Notes: generated from the sequence alone by a model not told the origin. A stretch of DNA of 64,000 nucleotides from Nitrospirota bacterium (GCA_035498715.1 DATJZV010000026.1:11923-75922), one strand, 5' to 3'; counted from the first letter of the stretch, positions 1 to 10,341 are shown. Made by a program: numbers and translations.

Positions 1-760
1 CACGCATCCCCAGGATGAAGAACAACACCTGCGTCAGAAGAAAGTCGACAACGATGATCATGATGGTCGAGAGCACCACTGCGGTGGTGGTCGCGCGCCG
101 CAGCCCTTGAGCCCCTCCGCGCGTTGACAGACCCACCGTGCAGCTGATACAGGCGATGAGGTACCCGAAGATAAAGGGTTTGGTGAGCCCGGACAGGATG
201 TTATGGAAATTTAGTTCATTGCCGATTTGGCTCCAGTAGAATGCCCCGCTCTGGTGGCTCACTGCAACAGCGATATAGTAGCCACCCGCCAGAGAGATGG
301 CGTCGCCGATTGCCGTGAGAATCGGAAGCATGACCGCAGAACTCAGCACTCTGGGGGTGACCAGTCTTATCATGGGATCCGCACCGTACACGCGGAGCAT
401 GTCCACCTGATGGCTCAGAATCATGGAGCCCAGTTCCGAAGCCATTCCGGACCCAACGCGGCCCGCGTAGCTTAGAGCAATGGCAACCGGACCAATCTCC
501 CGGATGATGGAAATGCCTACAATTTTCGCGGTGTACATCTTGAGACCCAAGGGCGCGAGTTCGGTGGATATTTGGAGGGACAGGGCCATGCCGATGAAGA
601 GCGAGACAAGGAAAACAATAAAGAATGAACCCGATCCCGCGTAGTCCATTTGCTCGAGGACATCCCGCCACTTCAAGGACCTGCGGAATATTCCCAGGAT
701 AGAGCTAATCGAAAGGATATAGAAATTCTGCAGTTCTGCGAGTAGTTTTTGTAATGTCAT
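1..760 (-). CDS. mlaE: MlaE/YrbE-family ABC transporter permease. The ATG sits at 758-760 (complement); the C-terminal end runs off the window.
   Basis: Hand translation of the minus strand gives MTLQKLLAELQNFYILSIS...GPVAIALSYAGRVGSGMASELGSMI... in one frame from 760 to position 1 with no stop. This is the MlaE signature. The gene is absent from the ORF track because no stop codon falls inside the window. Confidence 0.75.
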   Translation of the reverse strand, partial: MTLQKLLAELQNFYILSISSILGIFRRSLKWRDVLEQMDYAGSGSFFIVFLVSLFIGMALSLQISTELAPLGLKMYTAKIVGISIIREIGPVAIALSYAGRVGSGMASELGSMILSHQVDMLRVYGADPMIRLVTPRVLSSAVMLPILTAIGDAISLAGGYYIAVAVSHQSGAFYWSQIGNELNFHNILSGLTKPFIFGYLIACISCTVGLSTRGGAQGLRRATTTAVVLSTIMIIVVDFLLTQVLFFILGMR

Positions 761-1035
761 ATATCCAATCGGATATGATTGCTCTAGCGGAAATCGAACT
801 AGCAACACAAAGCGAATAGCAAGGAGGTTCTATCTAACATCCTGCTCTTAATCTGCATGGTCTGGATATCAGTCGGATTCTATCTATATACTATCATCTT
901 CTATTCGAGCTTGCAATCGTGTCTATTCAATATTTCGACGCCCGGTTTTCATAGGCTATGCGATCAAGGTCGCCATCTCCATCGAGGTTCATTGCGAAAA
1001 AGAGAATTATTTAGGATCAGGTGAAATACAGAAGC

Positions 1036-2019
1036 TTAAGAATGAGTTGCATATTCGACGCATGCTGAAAAAAAGTCTTCTACAGCTTGCACGACTTCCT
1101 CCACCCGTGACATATGGTTCACCTTTGTTCTGAATTCTGCGCCTCCGGGGAGGCCTTTTGTATACCAGCATAGGTGCTTGCGCATCTCGCGAACTCCGAT
1201 ATTTTCTCCAAGCGTTTTGATCATATCGTTTAGATGTCTCAGCATAACGGTCTTCCGCTCTTCGAGTGTTGGATGAGGGGGAATGACGCCTAGTTCAAGA
1301 TACTGCTTTGCTTCCCGGAAAATCCATGGATTGCCCTGGATCGCCCGTCCGATCATGACACCGTCACAGCCGGTCTCATCTATCATCTTTCTTGCATCAT
1401 GCGCCGAACGCACGTCGCCATTGCCTATTACCGGGATCCCGACAGAATCTTTTACCTGCTTGATCATGCTCCAATCAGCATGGCCGGAGAATCCCTGCAC
1501 CTTGGTGCGCCCGTGCACGGTGACGGCGGCGATGCCGACGGATTCGGCAGCGCTGGCGATATCTGTTGCAACGATATTCTGAGAATCCCAGCCGAGCCTT
1601 ATCTTGACCGTCACGGGGACACTGGATGCATCTACGACCGCCGCCATGATCTCTTTTGCGAGACCCATATTGCGCAAGAGCGCCGAGCCTGCGCCGCATT
1701 TCAAGACCTTCGGCACGGGGCAGCCCATGTTAATGTCGATGAAATCCACGACGCCCTGCGATACAATCCGAGCCGCATCTGCCATTGACTTCGGCTTTGA
1801 GCCGAATATCTGGAACACGACTGGCCTCTCGGCATGATCGGTATGAAGCATATTGAAGGTCCTCTTGTGCTCCCGGATCAGTGCCTCGACGCTTACCATC
1901 TCGGAAAACACAAGTCCCGCACCGAGTTTCTTGCAGATCATGCGAAAAGGAAAATCGGTGATCCCGGCCATGGGGGCGAGCACGAGGGGATTCTGTCTCA
2001 ATATATCCCTGATCGACAT
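1036..2019 (-). CDS. dusB: tRNA-dihydrouridine synthase B.
   Basis: Translation contains LAPMAGITDFPFR and the TIM-barrel Dus motifs. Start is taken at MSIRDIL (M20 of the track ORF), which gives the usual ~14 residues before APMAG. An upstream GTG at 2076 is also possible. Confidence 0.8.
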   Translation of the reverse strand: MSIRDILRQNPLVLAPMAGITDFPFRMICKKLGAGLVFSEMVSVEALIREHKRTFNMLHTDHAERPVVFQIFGSKPKSMADAARIVSQGVVDFIDINMGCPVPKVLKCGAGSALLRNMGLAKEIMAAVVDASSVPVTVKIRLGWDSQNIVATDIASAAESVGIAAVTVHGRTKVQGFSGHADWSMIKQVKDSVGIPVIGNGDVRSAHDARKMIDETGCDGVMIGRAIQGNPWIFREAKQYLELGVIPPHPTLEERKTVMLRHLNDMIKTLGENIGVREMRKHLCWYTKGLPGGAEFRTKVNHMSRVEEVVQAVEDFFSACVEYATHS

Positions 2020-2541
2020 GGGGCTATTATAACCGAAAGAAATTGAAATGCGAGAGCTTTTTAAAGGGATTTTCACAGCAACGCAGATAAAATGTTAGGA
2101 GAAATCAGTACGGGGGGAGATGGAGCAAGCGAATATAATGTTATGGTTCTTTTTTTACTTTCCCCGGTCGCCTTTTCTCTTTGATAGATTTTGTATCAGT
2201 GATTTTCGATCGCGAATAGTTATGATCGCGCTAACGGGCCGCAGTCAAGTATGTCAACACATTGAAACGAAAAAGGAAAAGACCTCGATAAATCTACAAA
2301 AAATTGCACATGGATTTACTTTGGATATGCGCGGACCATGTGGAGAAGTTCCTGAGATGATCATACAAACTTGCACGATAACACTCACAACGAGGTTAGC
2401 GGGTTGTGCAAAAAAAAGCCTCGGAAGCTTCCGTCCCTGGAGTTACGGTCAAGCGAGAGGTAAATTTCTTAACCATAATATGCGGGATACCAGTAAAAGT
2501 AATAGTATGGCGGTGAACCACTACACACGGGGAAAAAATCC

Positions 2542-2570
2542 TTGACAATAATAGGCTTATCTTATATATT
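2542..2570 (+). promoter_or_regulatory. Sigma70-like promoter for ffh: TTGACA, 17-nt spacer, TATATT.
   Basis: TTGACA at 2542-2547, a 17-nt spacer, and TATATT at 2565-2570, about 30 nt upstream of the ffh ATG. Confidence 0.4.
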
Positions 2571-2599
2571 CTATATTCTTTGCCAAGTGGGTGTTTTCC

Positions 2600-3934
2600 A
2601 TGTTTGACTCCTTAACGGGGAAATTAGAGTCTGTTTTCAAGAAGCTTCGGAGCAGAGGCGTCCTAAATGAAGATGACGTTAAAGAAGCCCTGCGCGAGGT
2701 GCGTCTGGTGCTTCTCGAGGCCGATGTAAACTTCAAGGTGGTCAAGGATTTCATTGGCCGGGTCCAGGAGCGTGCAGTAGGGCAGGATATCCTTAGCAGC
2801 CTCACCCCTGGTCAGCAGGTCATCAAGATCGTCCACGAAGAGCTCGTGGCATTGCTCGGCGGTGCCCAGGCAAAGCTCTACCTTGCGCCGAACCCGCCTA
2901 CGATTATAATGCTGGTAGGGTTGCAGGGCTCCGGTAAGACGACCACTGCGGGCAAGCTGGCCAAGAACTTTAAGAAAGAGGGTCGGCGCGTAATGCTCGT
3001 CCCGGCTGATACACGAAGGCCGGCAGCGGTCCAGCAGCTTGTTACTCTGTCAAAACAGGTTGGCGTTGACGCCTACTCTTCGAACCAGACGGACCCGGTT
3101 GTTATCTGTCGTGAGGCAGTAAAGCAGGCAGCTTCGTCATTGTACGAGGTCGTGATCCTTGACACCGCAGGCAGGCTCCAGATCGACGAGCCGCTCATGG
3201 AGGAGCTCCGGCAGGTTAAGGCTGGGGTAAAGCCGCACGAGACCCTGTTCGTGGCCGACGCCATGACGGGCCAGGAAGCTGTGAACATTGCGGCGAAGTT
3301 CAATAGTGACCTCGGTTTCGACGGCGTAGTGTTAACCAACCAACACGGCGATGCGCGCGGTGGCGCGGCGCTCTCAGTGAGGGCCGTTACTGGCAAGCCG
3401 CTCAAGTTCGTCGGTATGGGCGAGAAACTGGATGCACTCGAGCCGTTCCATCCGGACCGCATGGCCTCGCGCATCCTGGGCATGGGCGACGTGATGTCGC
3501 TTATCGAGAAGGCGCAGGAAACGGTAACCCAGGAAGAGGCGGTCAAGCTTGCAAAGAAGCTCAAGAAGAACTCCTTCGATTTAGACGACTTTCGAAGCCA
3601 GTTGAAGCAGGTAAGGAAGCTTGGGGGGCTTGAGCAGATCATGGGCATGATCCCGGGGATGAATAAGATGAAGCTCCCGGAAGCGCAGGTGAACGAGAAG
3701 GACCTGGCGAAGGTAGACGCGATTATTAGCTCTATGACACCGAAAGAGCGGGCCGATTACACGGTCATCAATGGCAGCCGCAGGGCCCGTATCGCCAAGG
3801 GCAGCGGCACGCAGGTGCAGGATGTGAATCGGCTCCTGAAGCAGTTCGCCGAGATGCGTAAGATGGTGAAGTCCATGACAAGCGGCAAGATGGGAAAGAT
3901 GGGTAGGATGTTCGGCGGGAGGATGCCGTTTTAA
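2600..3934 (+). CDS. ffh: Signal recognition particle protein Ffh (SRP54).
   Basis: MFDSLTGKL N-terminus, GLQGSGKTTT P-loop, and a Met-rich M-domain at the C-terminus. Confidence 0.9.
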   Translation: MFDSLTGKLESVFKKLRSRGVLNEDDVKEALREVRLVLLEADVNFKVVKDFIGRVQERAVGQDILSSLTPGQQVIKIVHEELVALLGGAQAKLYLAPNPPTIIMLVGLQGSGKTTTAGKLAKNFKKEGRRVMLVPADTRRPAAVQQLVTLSKQVGVDAYSSNQTDPVVICREAVKQAASSLYEVVILDTAGRLQIDEPLMEELRQVKAGVKPHETLFVADAMTGQEAVNIAAKFNSDLGFDGVVLTNQHGDARGGAALSVRAVTGKPLKFVGMGEKLDALEPFHPDRMASRILGMGDVMSLIEKAQETVTQEEAVKLAKKLKKNSFDLDDFRSQLKQVRKLGGLEQIMGMIPGMNKMKLPEAQVNEKDLAKVDAIISSMTPKERADYTVINGSRRARIAKGSGTQVQDVNRLLKQFAEMRKMVKSMTSGKMGKMGRMFGGRMPF

Positions 3935-4078
3935 GGACAAACACCAAACGGTAAATAAATTCCAGTGACCATAAAGATCAACAGGTACTGTGTCTGGCAT
4001 TTGGATAGAGATATTTGAACATTGCTTGTGAATTGAGCTTCGTAATTTGGATTTTCATTGAACGAAAGAGGTGAACCA

Positions 4079-4342
4079 ATGTCAGTAAAGATTAGACTCA
4101 AGAGGATGGGGACCCACAAGAAGCCCTATTACCGGCTCGTGGTAGCGGATTCCCGGTCGCCGAGGGACGGCCGCTTCATCGAGATGGTCGGCACCTACGA
4201 CCCGCTCAAGAAGCCGGCAGAGATCAAGGTCGATCAGACCAAGACGCTCGACTGGCTCAAAAAGGGAGCAGTCCCTTCCAATACGGTGAAGACCCTGCTC
4301 TCCAAGGTCGGGGTTATGAAGCAGTTCGCTGAAGCGAAGTAG
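4079..4342 (+). CDS. rpsP: 30S ribosomal protein S16.
   Basis: [35 protein letters not shown] is canonical S16. Start is the internal ATG of the track ORF. Confidence 0.9.
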   Translation: MSVKIRLKRMGTHKKPYYRLVVADSRSPRDGRFIEMVGTYDPLKKPAEIKVDQTKTLDWLKKGAVPSNTVKTLLSKVGVMKQFAEAK

Positions 4343-4399
4343 CAATCGATTTCAAGGCTGGCAAGCTGGCAGGCTTCCAAGCTTGCAAGCTTTAAGACC

Positions 4400-4903
4400 A
4401 TGCTCATTACGATCGGCAAAGCTGTGAGGCCCTTTGGAGTCAAGGGCGAGATGAAGATCGAACCCATGACGGATTTCCCCGAGCGGTTCAAGGGACTCGG
4501 CCGCGTATATCTGGTATCTCCTGCAGGAAAAGAGATCTTCTGCGAGGTCAGGTCAGTACGGTATGCCGGCGATGTGCCATTCCTGCTCTTCGCCGGATAT
4601 GATTCGCCCGAGAAGGCCAAGGCGCTCAATGGGTGGCTCATTAAAATACCGGAGGAAGAGACGGTTCGTCTCCCCGAAGGCACTTATTACTGGTTCGAAC
4701 TCATCGGCATGGAGGTTGTTTCTGAAAGCGGTGAGAAGCTTGGTAAGATTGTTGACATCTTCGAAACGGGCAGTAATGATGTGTATGTAATGAAGCGGGG
4801 CAGGAAAGAGACCTACATCCCTGCCACGGCAGAGGTAATAAAGCAGGTCGACCGGAAGGCAAAGAGGATGGTCATCCACCTCCTGGACGGTCTGATGGAA
4901 TGA
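4400..4903 (+). CDS. rimM: 16S rRNA processing protein RimM.
   Basis: IGKAVRPFGVKGEMKI...TDFPERF is the RimM/PRC-barrel signature. It lies in the conserved rpsP-rimM-trmD-rplS order. Confidence 0.85.
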   Translation: MLITIGKAVRPFGVKGEMKIEPMTDFPERFKGLGRVYLVSPAGKEIFCEVRSVRYAGDVPFLLFAGYDSPEKAKALNGWLIKIPEEETVRLPEGTYYWFELIGMEVVSESGEKLGKIVDIFETGSNDVYVMKRGRKETYIPATAEVIKQVDRKAKRMVIHLLDGLME

Positions 4904-5026
4904 ACGCCCGTAGATTTTCACGGCGGACATAACCTCCTTGTGAAAAGCAGAAAGCAGAAATGTTTCTGTGGAATTCACGGCACAAGGAGGGGGTTCAAAC
5001 AGGGTGAAACAGTAACTGGCCCAGCT

Positions 5027-5785
5027 ATGCGAAGACTGAATTTTGAGGTGCTCACATTGTTCCCGGGAATACTCGAGGGACCGCTGAACGAGAGCATTCT
5101 CAAGCGGGGCCGGGAAAAAGGGCTTCTGAACGTAACGGTCCGGAACATCCGTGACTATACGGAGGACAAACACAAGACCGCCGATGACAGCCCTTACGGT
5201 GGCGGCGCCGGCATGGTTCTCAAACCCGAGCCTATCTTTAAAGCCGTTGAGTCACTCAAGGCGGCGTATCCCGGAGAAGAGTTTTTGACGATCCTGCTCT
5301 CGCCGCAGGGCAGGCTCTTTAATCAACAGCGTGCGGAGCTGCTCTCAGTAGAGGATCGCCGGATCGTTCTGCTCTGCGGGCATTATGAAGCGATCGACGA
5401 GCGCGTCATCGACGCAATAGTGGAGGAGGAACTCTCAATCGGTGATTATGTGCTCACCGGTGGCGAACTCGCAGCGCTCGTAGTGATCGATGCGTCGGTC
5501 AGGCTCCTGCCCGGGGTCCTCGGCGATGAAGAGTCAGCTTTCCGTGATTCTTTCTGTGGCGGACTGCTCGATCATCCGCACTATACGCGGCCCATGGAAT
5601 TCCGCGGCATGAAGGTCCCGGAGGTGCTTCTCTCCGGTAATCACGCTGGGATCGAGAAGTGGCGGCGACATGAGGCGCTTAAGGCTACGTTCCTGAAAAG
5701 GCCGGATCTCCTCGAGGATGCTAATTTGACCGAGGAAGACCGGGAGCTGCTGAAAGACCTGAAGCGACAGTTTGGATCTCGATAG
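5027..5785 (+). CDS. trmD: tRNA (guanine37-N1)-methyltransferase.
   Basis: MRRLNFEVLTLFPGIL...SPYGGGAGMV is TrmD (SPOUT family). Start is chosen at M30 of the track ORF, matching a typical TrmD N-terminus. Confidence 0.85.
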   Translation: MRRLNFEVLTLFPGILEGPLNESILKRGREKGLLNVTVRNIRDYTEDKHKTADDSPYGGGAGMVLKPEPIFKAVESLKAAYPGEEFLTILLSPQGRLFNQQRAELLSVEDRRIVLLCGHYEAIDERVIDAIVEEELSIGDYVLTGGELAALVVIDASVRLLPGVLGDEESAFRDSFCGGLLDHPHYTRPMEFRGMKVPEVLLSGNHAGIEKWRRHEALKATFLKRPDLLEDANLTEEDRELLKDLKRQFGSR

Positions 5786-5912
5786 CGAGAGTAAACACCG
5801 AATAACAAATAAGCTCGCATGACCAGTCTTCAATAGAAGCGAGATATTTGGAATTTATTTGTGATTTGAAATTTGGAATTTGAAAATTGAAATTAATGCT
5901 GGGAGGTTTACC

Positions 5913-6308
5913 ATGAACATTATACAGTCGTTGGAAAAAGCACAGTTGAAAGAGGGGATTCCGAGCTTCCGCGTGGGTGACACCATCCGCGTTCATGCGA
6001 AGGTTGTTGAAGGGGACAAGGAGAGGATTCAGGTCTACGAGGGCGTGGTAATCGGCCGCCAAGGTTCAGGCGCGCGTGAGGTCATCAGGGTCCGGAAGCT
6101 GTCCTACGGCGTGGGCGTCGAGAGGCTCTTCCCGCTCCACTCTCCCATGATTGACAAGATCGAGCTTGCCAAGCAGGGGAAGGTCCGGAGAGCGAAGCTC
6201 TATTTCCTCCGCGATCTGCGCGGCAAGGCTGCTAGGATCAAAGAGAAGGAGCGCGCCCTGGTATCCGCCGCCGGTGCAACACAGGTTGACGTGACAGAGC
6301 AGAAATAG
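5913..6308 (+). CDS. rplS: 50S ribosomal protein L19.
   Basis: [28 protein letters not shown] is L19. GGGAGG sits 8 nt before the ATG at 5913; the track ORF opens at an upstream TTG. Confidence 0.9.
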   Translation: MNIIQSLEKAQLKEGIPSFRVGDTIRVHAKVVEGDKERIQVYEGVVIGRQGSGAREVIRVRKLSYGVGVERLFPLHSPMIDKIELAKQGKVRRAKLYFLRDLRGKAARIKEKERALVSAAGATQVDVTEQK

Positions 6309-6448
6309 GGGCTGGCAAGAAAGACGGATTCAAGCACGAAGGCCGCTATGGGGACGAATGCAGCAAGTGCAGAATTAATCCTTCGAACTTGAGTATTATT
6401 TAAAATTTAGGATTTCGAATTTTATGTTTGGATTTTCGTGAGGTTTTT

Positions 6449-7141
6449 ATGCCTCGTGGCCGGCCCCGCCGAGGGGAACCGCATCCAGACCGGATCGATG
6501 ATCTGTTCAGCAACGAGCTGGCGTGCGATCCCCTGTCCTTTGAGCGGAGCGCACGCGCTTCCGGCTTTACCTGCATCGCAGGGTTGGACGAAGCCGGCAG
6601 GGGGCCGCTGGCCGGACCGGTGGTGGCCGCTGTGGCGGTGCTTCCCGACGGTCTCCTGATACCTGGCCTCACCGATTCCAAACAGGTGACGGAACAAGAG
6701 CGGGACCGGCTCTTCGATATTATCAGGGAGCAGTCAGTCGGCTATGGTATTGGCATTGCCGACGAGCGGACAATTGATGATGTGAATGTCCTCCAAGCGA
6801 CCATCATTGCCATGGAACGGGCGCTTGAATCCCTTCTCCCTCGGCCTGATTATCTGCTGATTGATGCACTCACCCTGCCACGGGTCTCAATCCCTCAGAA
6901 GCCGCTCATAAAAGGCGACTGCCGCAGTCACAGTATCGCGGCGGCGTCGATCCTCGCCAAGGTGACCCGTGACCGGTTGATGCTGGAACTTCACAAGAAA
7001 TTCCCCCAGTACAATTTCCAGAAACATAAAGGCTATGGGACCAGGGAGCACTTGTCCCTGCTGAGAAAGCATGGCCCCTGCGAAGCGCACCGGCGGAGCT
7101 TTCATCCCGTTGCGCAGATGCTGCGCGGTGAAGCCCAGTGA
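6449..7141 (+). CDS. rnhB: Ribonuclease HII.
   Basis: GLDEAGRGPLAGPVVAAAV and DSK motifs. ATG 6449 (MPRGRP...) has GAGG 6 nt upstream; the track ORF begins at a TTG at 6428. Confidence 0.8.
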   Translation: MPRGRPRRGEPHPDRIDDLFSNELACDPLSFERSARASGFTCIAGLDEAGRGPLAGPVVAAVAVLPDGLLIPGLTDSKQVTEQERDRLFDIIREQSVGYGIGIADERTIDDVNVLQATIIAMERALESLLPRPDYLLIDALTLPRVSIPQKPLIKGDCRSHSIAAASILAKVTRDRLMLELHKKFPQYNFQKHKGYGTREHLSLLRKHGPCEAHRRSFHPVAQMLRGEAQ

Positions 7142-7343
7142 ATCTCTTCAACGATATGCTCGGCAAGAAAGACCTTTCAATGCGCCTGAGTGAAACAAAT
7201 GAAAAGATGGTAGGCTTCCTTTACATATCAGAAGGGTTTTAACGCTTTTCTCATTGTCGGGGTAGGAGCCGAGTGGTATAGTGACAGTACCGCAGTAACC
7301 GCTCTTTTAAAGTTTACCTGCGCGTTACATTTATTTCAGATTA

Positions 7344-8711
7344 GTGGCCAAGAAATCATATAAAATAGGGATGGTAAGCTTGGGCTGCCCCAAGAACCAG
7401 GTGGATGCAGAGCAGATGCTCGGAGTACTTGCCGGCTCGGGTTTCGAGATTACCTCCGAGCAGGGCGAGGCGGATGTGATTGTCGTGAACACCTGCGGGT
7501 TCATCGAATCGGCCAAGGAAGAGTCCATCGAGGCGATCCTTGACGCAGCAGAGATGAAAAAACGGGGGAAGTGCGCGAAACTCATCGTCGCCGGTTGCCT
7601 TGCCCAGCGCTACAAGGAAGAACTCTTGAGCGAGATTCCGGAAGCCGATGCCGTTATAGGAACGGCCGAGATCAGCAGGATCAGCGAGATCTGCGAGACA
7701 GCGCTTGCCGGGAAAAAACACATACTCAAAGTATCGGGGCCAGCGATGGTCTACGGACTCCCCCGCCTTAGCACGACTCCGCGTCATTACCGCTACCTCA
7801 AAATCGCAGAAGGATGCAGCAACCATTGCTCGTATTGCGCCATTCCGATCATCCGCGGAAACTTTAAGAGCAGGCCCTATGAATCTATCCTGGACGAAGC
7901 GCGCATGCTCGCGGATGAAGGCGCGAAGGAACTCATCCTTCTTGCCCAGGATTCCACGGGATACCGTGACGGCGAGGCCGATCTGCCGCTGCTCTTGAAA
8001 GCGCTGACGCGAATTCATGCCATAGAATGGGTGCGCCTCATGTACGCCTACCCCGGCAGGATTAGTCCCGGGCTCATGACGGTCTTGGCCGACGAAGAGA
8101 AGATCTGCAAATACCTCGACATCCCGATTCAGCATTTCGATGACAAGGTGCTCACGGCCATGAACCGGCGTGGAACTTCGGAGGATATCAGAAAGACAAT
8201 TGAGCAACTACGCAGGCGGGTGCCCGGCATTGCGCTCCGCACCTCGCTCATTGTCGGTTTTCCTGGAGAGACCGAGGCCGCATTCAAGCGGCTACTTGCC
8301 TTCGTGAAAGAAGCTGAGTTTGAGCACCTCGGCGTGTTTACCTATTCTCCGGAAGAGGGTACGCCAGCCTGCGGTCTTGAAGCACGGGTTCCGGCGGAAA
8401 TCGCCGCGGAACGGCTTGACCGGATCATGAAGGCCCAGGCAAAGATATCTCTCAAGAAGAACCGCGCACTCATCGGCACGCATCACCGTGTGCTGGTCGA
8501 CGGTATCGAAGACATGGCGCTCATCGGTAGACTCGCCACGCAGGCGCCGGAGATCGACGGCGTGGTCTATCTCTCCGAGACCGAGTCAGAGCCCGGCGAG
8601 TTTGTCGAGGTGACCATCTCCGATGCCACGGAGTATGATCTTATGGGGACAGCGAAAAACCTGATTGCGAATGACTCGAATGAGATAAATGGCACGGAGG
8701 GTGAACCATGA
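7344..8711 (+). CDS. rimO: Ribosomal protein S12 methylthiotransferase RimO.
   Basis: KIGMVSLGCPKNQVD N-terminal MTTase domain, radical-SAM CSNHCSYCAIP, and a C-terminal TRAM domain. GTG start at 7344; the ATG at 7371 is an alternative. Confidence 0.8.
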   Translation: MAKKSYKIGMVSLGCPKNQVDAEQMLGVLAGSGFEITSEQGEADVIVVNTCGFIESAKEESIEAILDAAEMKKRGKCAKLIVAGCLAQRYKEELLSEIPEADAVIGTAEISRISEICETALAGKKHILKVSGPAMVYGLPRLSTTPRHYRYLKIAEGCSNHCSYCAIPIIRGNFKSRPYESILDEARMLADEGAKELILLAQDSTGYRDGEADLPLLLKALTRIHAIEWVRLMYAYPGRISPGLMTVLADEEKICKYLDIPIQHFDDKVLTAMNRRGTSEDIRKTIEQLRRRVPGIALRTSLIVGFPGETEAAFKRLLAFVKEAEFEHLGVFTYSPEEGTPACGLEARVPAEIAAERLDRIMKAQAKISLKKNRALIGTHHRVLVDGIEDMALIGRLATQAPEIDGVVYLSETESEPGEFVEVTISDATEYDLMGTAKNLIANDSNEINGTEGEP

Positions 8712-8781
8712 AGCGTCTTCATTCGTGACATTCGAATAATTCGCTTACTTCGTGTTAAATTATTTTAGTGAAAGGGGCTGT

Positions 8782-9990
8782 ATGGATAACAACAATCGAT
8801 CAGCAAATGAAGCAAATGGTGAGGAGAGCTTTGCGGACATGTTCGAGAAGAGCTTCAAGAGGCAGGGCCGGCTTGAGCCCGGACAGATGGTCGATGCAGA
8901 GATCGTCAAGATCTCGGCGGACTGGATCTTTCTCGATCTCGGCGGAAAAGGAGAGGGCTACCTCGATAAGAAAGAGATGATCGATGAGGCTGGTAATCTT
9001 ACCGTCAAAGAAGGCGATACGGTCCGTGCCTACTTCATTTCCTCGGAAAATAATGAGATGCATTTTACTACGAAGATTGGATCGGGTCCGGGAAAACAGA
9101 GTCAGCTCGAGGATGCTTGGAGAAACAAGATTCCAGTCGAGGGCACGATTGCAAAAGAAATGAAGGGCGGGTTTGAGGTCAAGATCGGCAGCGTGCGCGC
9201 CTTCTGCCCCTTTTCGCAGACGGGAATCCGTCGAGAGGAAAACCAGGCTGATTATATAGGTAAGTCCCTGTCCTTTAAGATCATTGAGTTCGGCGAGGAT
9301 GGCAGGAACATCGTGCTCTCCCGGAGGGCTATTCTGGACGATGAACGGCGGAACAAGAAACAGGAATTAAGAAAGACGCTACAAGAGGGCATGAAGGTAA
9401 AAGGGAAGGTGACCTCCATCCAGAAGTTTGGCGCTTTTGTGGATATCGGCGGAATCGAAGGCCTGCTCCCGGTTTCCGAGATAGCCTGGGGCAGAACGGA
9501 GAAGGTCAGCGACATACTTTCCTTAGGCCAGGAAGTCGAAGTGATCATCAAAAAGCTCGACTGGGATCAGGACCGGTTCTCCTTCAGCCTAAAGGACGCA
9601 TTGCCCGACCCTTGGGACAGTGCTGCGGATGCCTATCCTGCGGGTTCCTTTCACATCGGGACGGTCTCCCGACTCGCCCCTTTTGGCGCATTCGTCACCT
9701 TGAGGGAAGGGATAGACGGACTTATTCATATCTCTAAGTTGGGCGCCGGCAGGAGGATTAATCATCCACGCGAGGTGCTCAAGGAAGGGCAGACCGTCGA
9801 GGTAAAGATCGAGGCTTTTGACCGTTCAAGCAGAAAGCTCTCGCTCTCTTTAGCGGAAATCAGCCGCGAAGAAGAAGAGGCGGCGGCTACGCTTAAGGAC
9901 TATCAGCAGAAGGCCGCGGCTGTTCCGAAGACTATGGGGTCGCTTGGAGATATGCTGAAAGAGAAGATGGAACAGAAAGAGAAAAAGTAG
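8782..9990 (+). CDS. S1 RNA-binding domain protein (RpsA-like, about four S1 repeats).
   Basis: Repeated S1 OB-fold blocks (GxVKxIxxFGAFVDIGG, EVKIEAFD...). Start is ATG 8782 with a G-rich RBS; a GTG at 8752 is an alternative. Confidence 0.7.
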   Translation: MDNNNRSANEANGEESFADMFEKSFKRQGRLEPGQMVDAEIVKISADWIFLDLGGKGEGYLDKKEMIDEAGNLTVKEGDTVRAYFISSENNEMHFTTKIGSGPGKQSQLEDAWRNKIPVEGTIAKEMKGGFEVKIGSVRAFCPFSQTGIRREENQADYIGKSLSFKIIEFGEDGRNIVLSRRAILDDERRNKKQELRKTLQEGMKVKGKVTSIQKFGAFVDIGGIEGLLPVSEIAWGRTEKVSDILSLGQEVEVIIKKLDWDQDRFSFSLKDALPDPWDSAADAYPAGSFHIGTVSRLAPFGAFVTLREGIDGLIHISKLGAGRRINHPREVLKEGQTVEVKIEAFDRSSRKLSLSLAEISREEEEAAATLKDYQQKAAAVPKTMGSLGDMLKEKMEQKEKK

Positions 9991-10341
9991 CTAGGCAATA
10001 GATGCTCAGAACCGCTTATTTTTCTTGATTTCAAATCGATTCGAACAGATACCATTCTCAAACGGCATTCTGCAGGTTCCAGGAGCAGCCAACGTGTCGC
10101 TTCCGTATAATTTAATGTTCACTGATATAGACATGAGAATCAACCAGCCTTCATGTTTTAGTCACGATAATGGCCACGATAAATAACGCAATCGAACTCC
10201 CTGTCCCGTCAGGGCGTTTGATCTAAATCGATTCAAAACCACCATTTGTATATTTTCTATCAATCACCGATACTTTGCCGCGTGTAAAAAAGCAGATTAG
10301 TTTGGTACAATGTGCATAATATCTGTATTGAGTCTGATTGA

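Noticed and set aside
2120-2545. 141-aa plus-strand ORF between dusB and ffh.
   Set aside because: Low-complexity, AT-rich, no RBS, and it overlaps the ffh promoter region; most likely non-coding.
2077-2599. Looked for the 4.5S/SRP RNA gene next to ffh.
   Set aside because: No domain-IV-like GGAAGGAAGCAGC core or conserved helix 8 found by eye.
5846-5881. Interpreting the TTTGGAATTT repeats as sigma54 (-24 GG / -12 GC) or ECF-sigma promoters.
   Set aside because: No GC dinucleotide sits at the right distance from the GG, and no ECF -10 follows; spacing to ATG varies from 12 to 96 nt.
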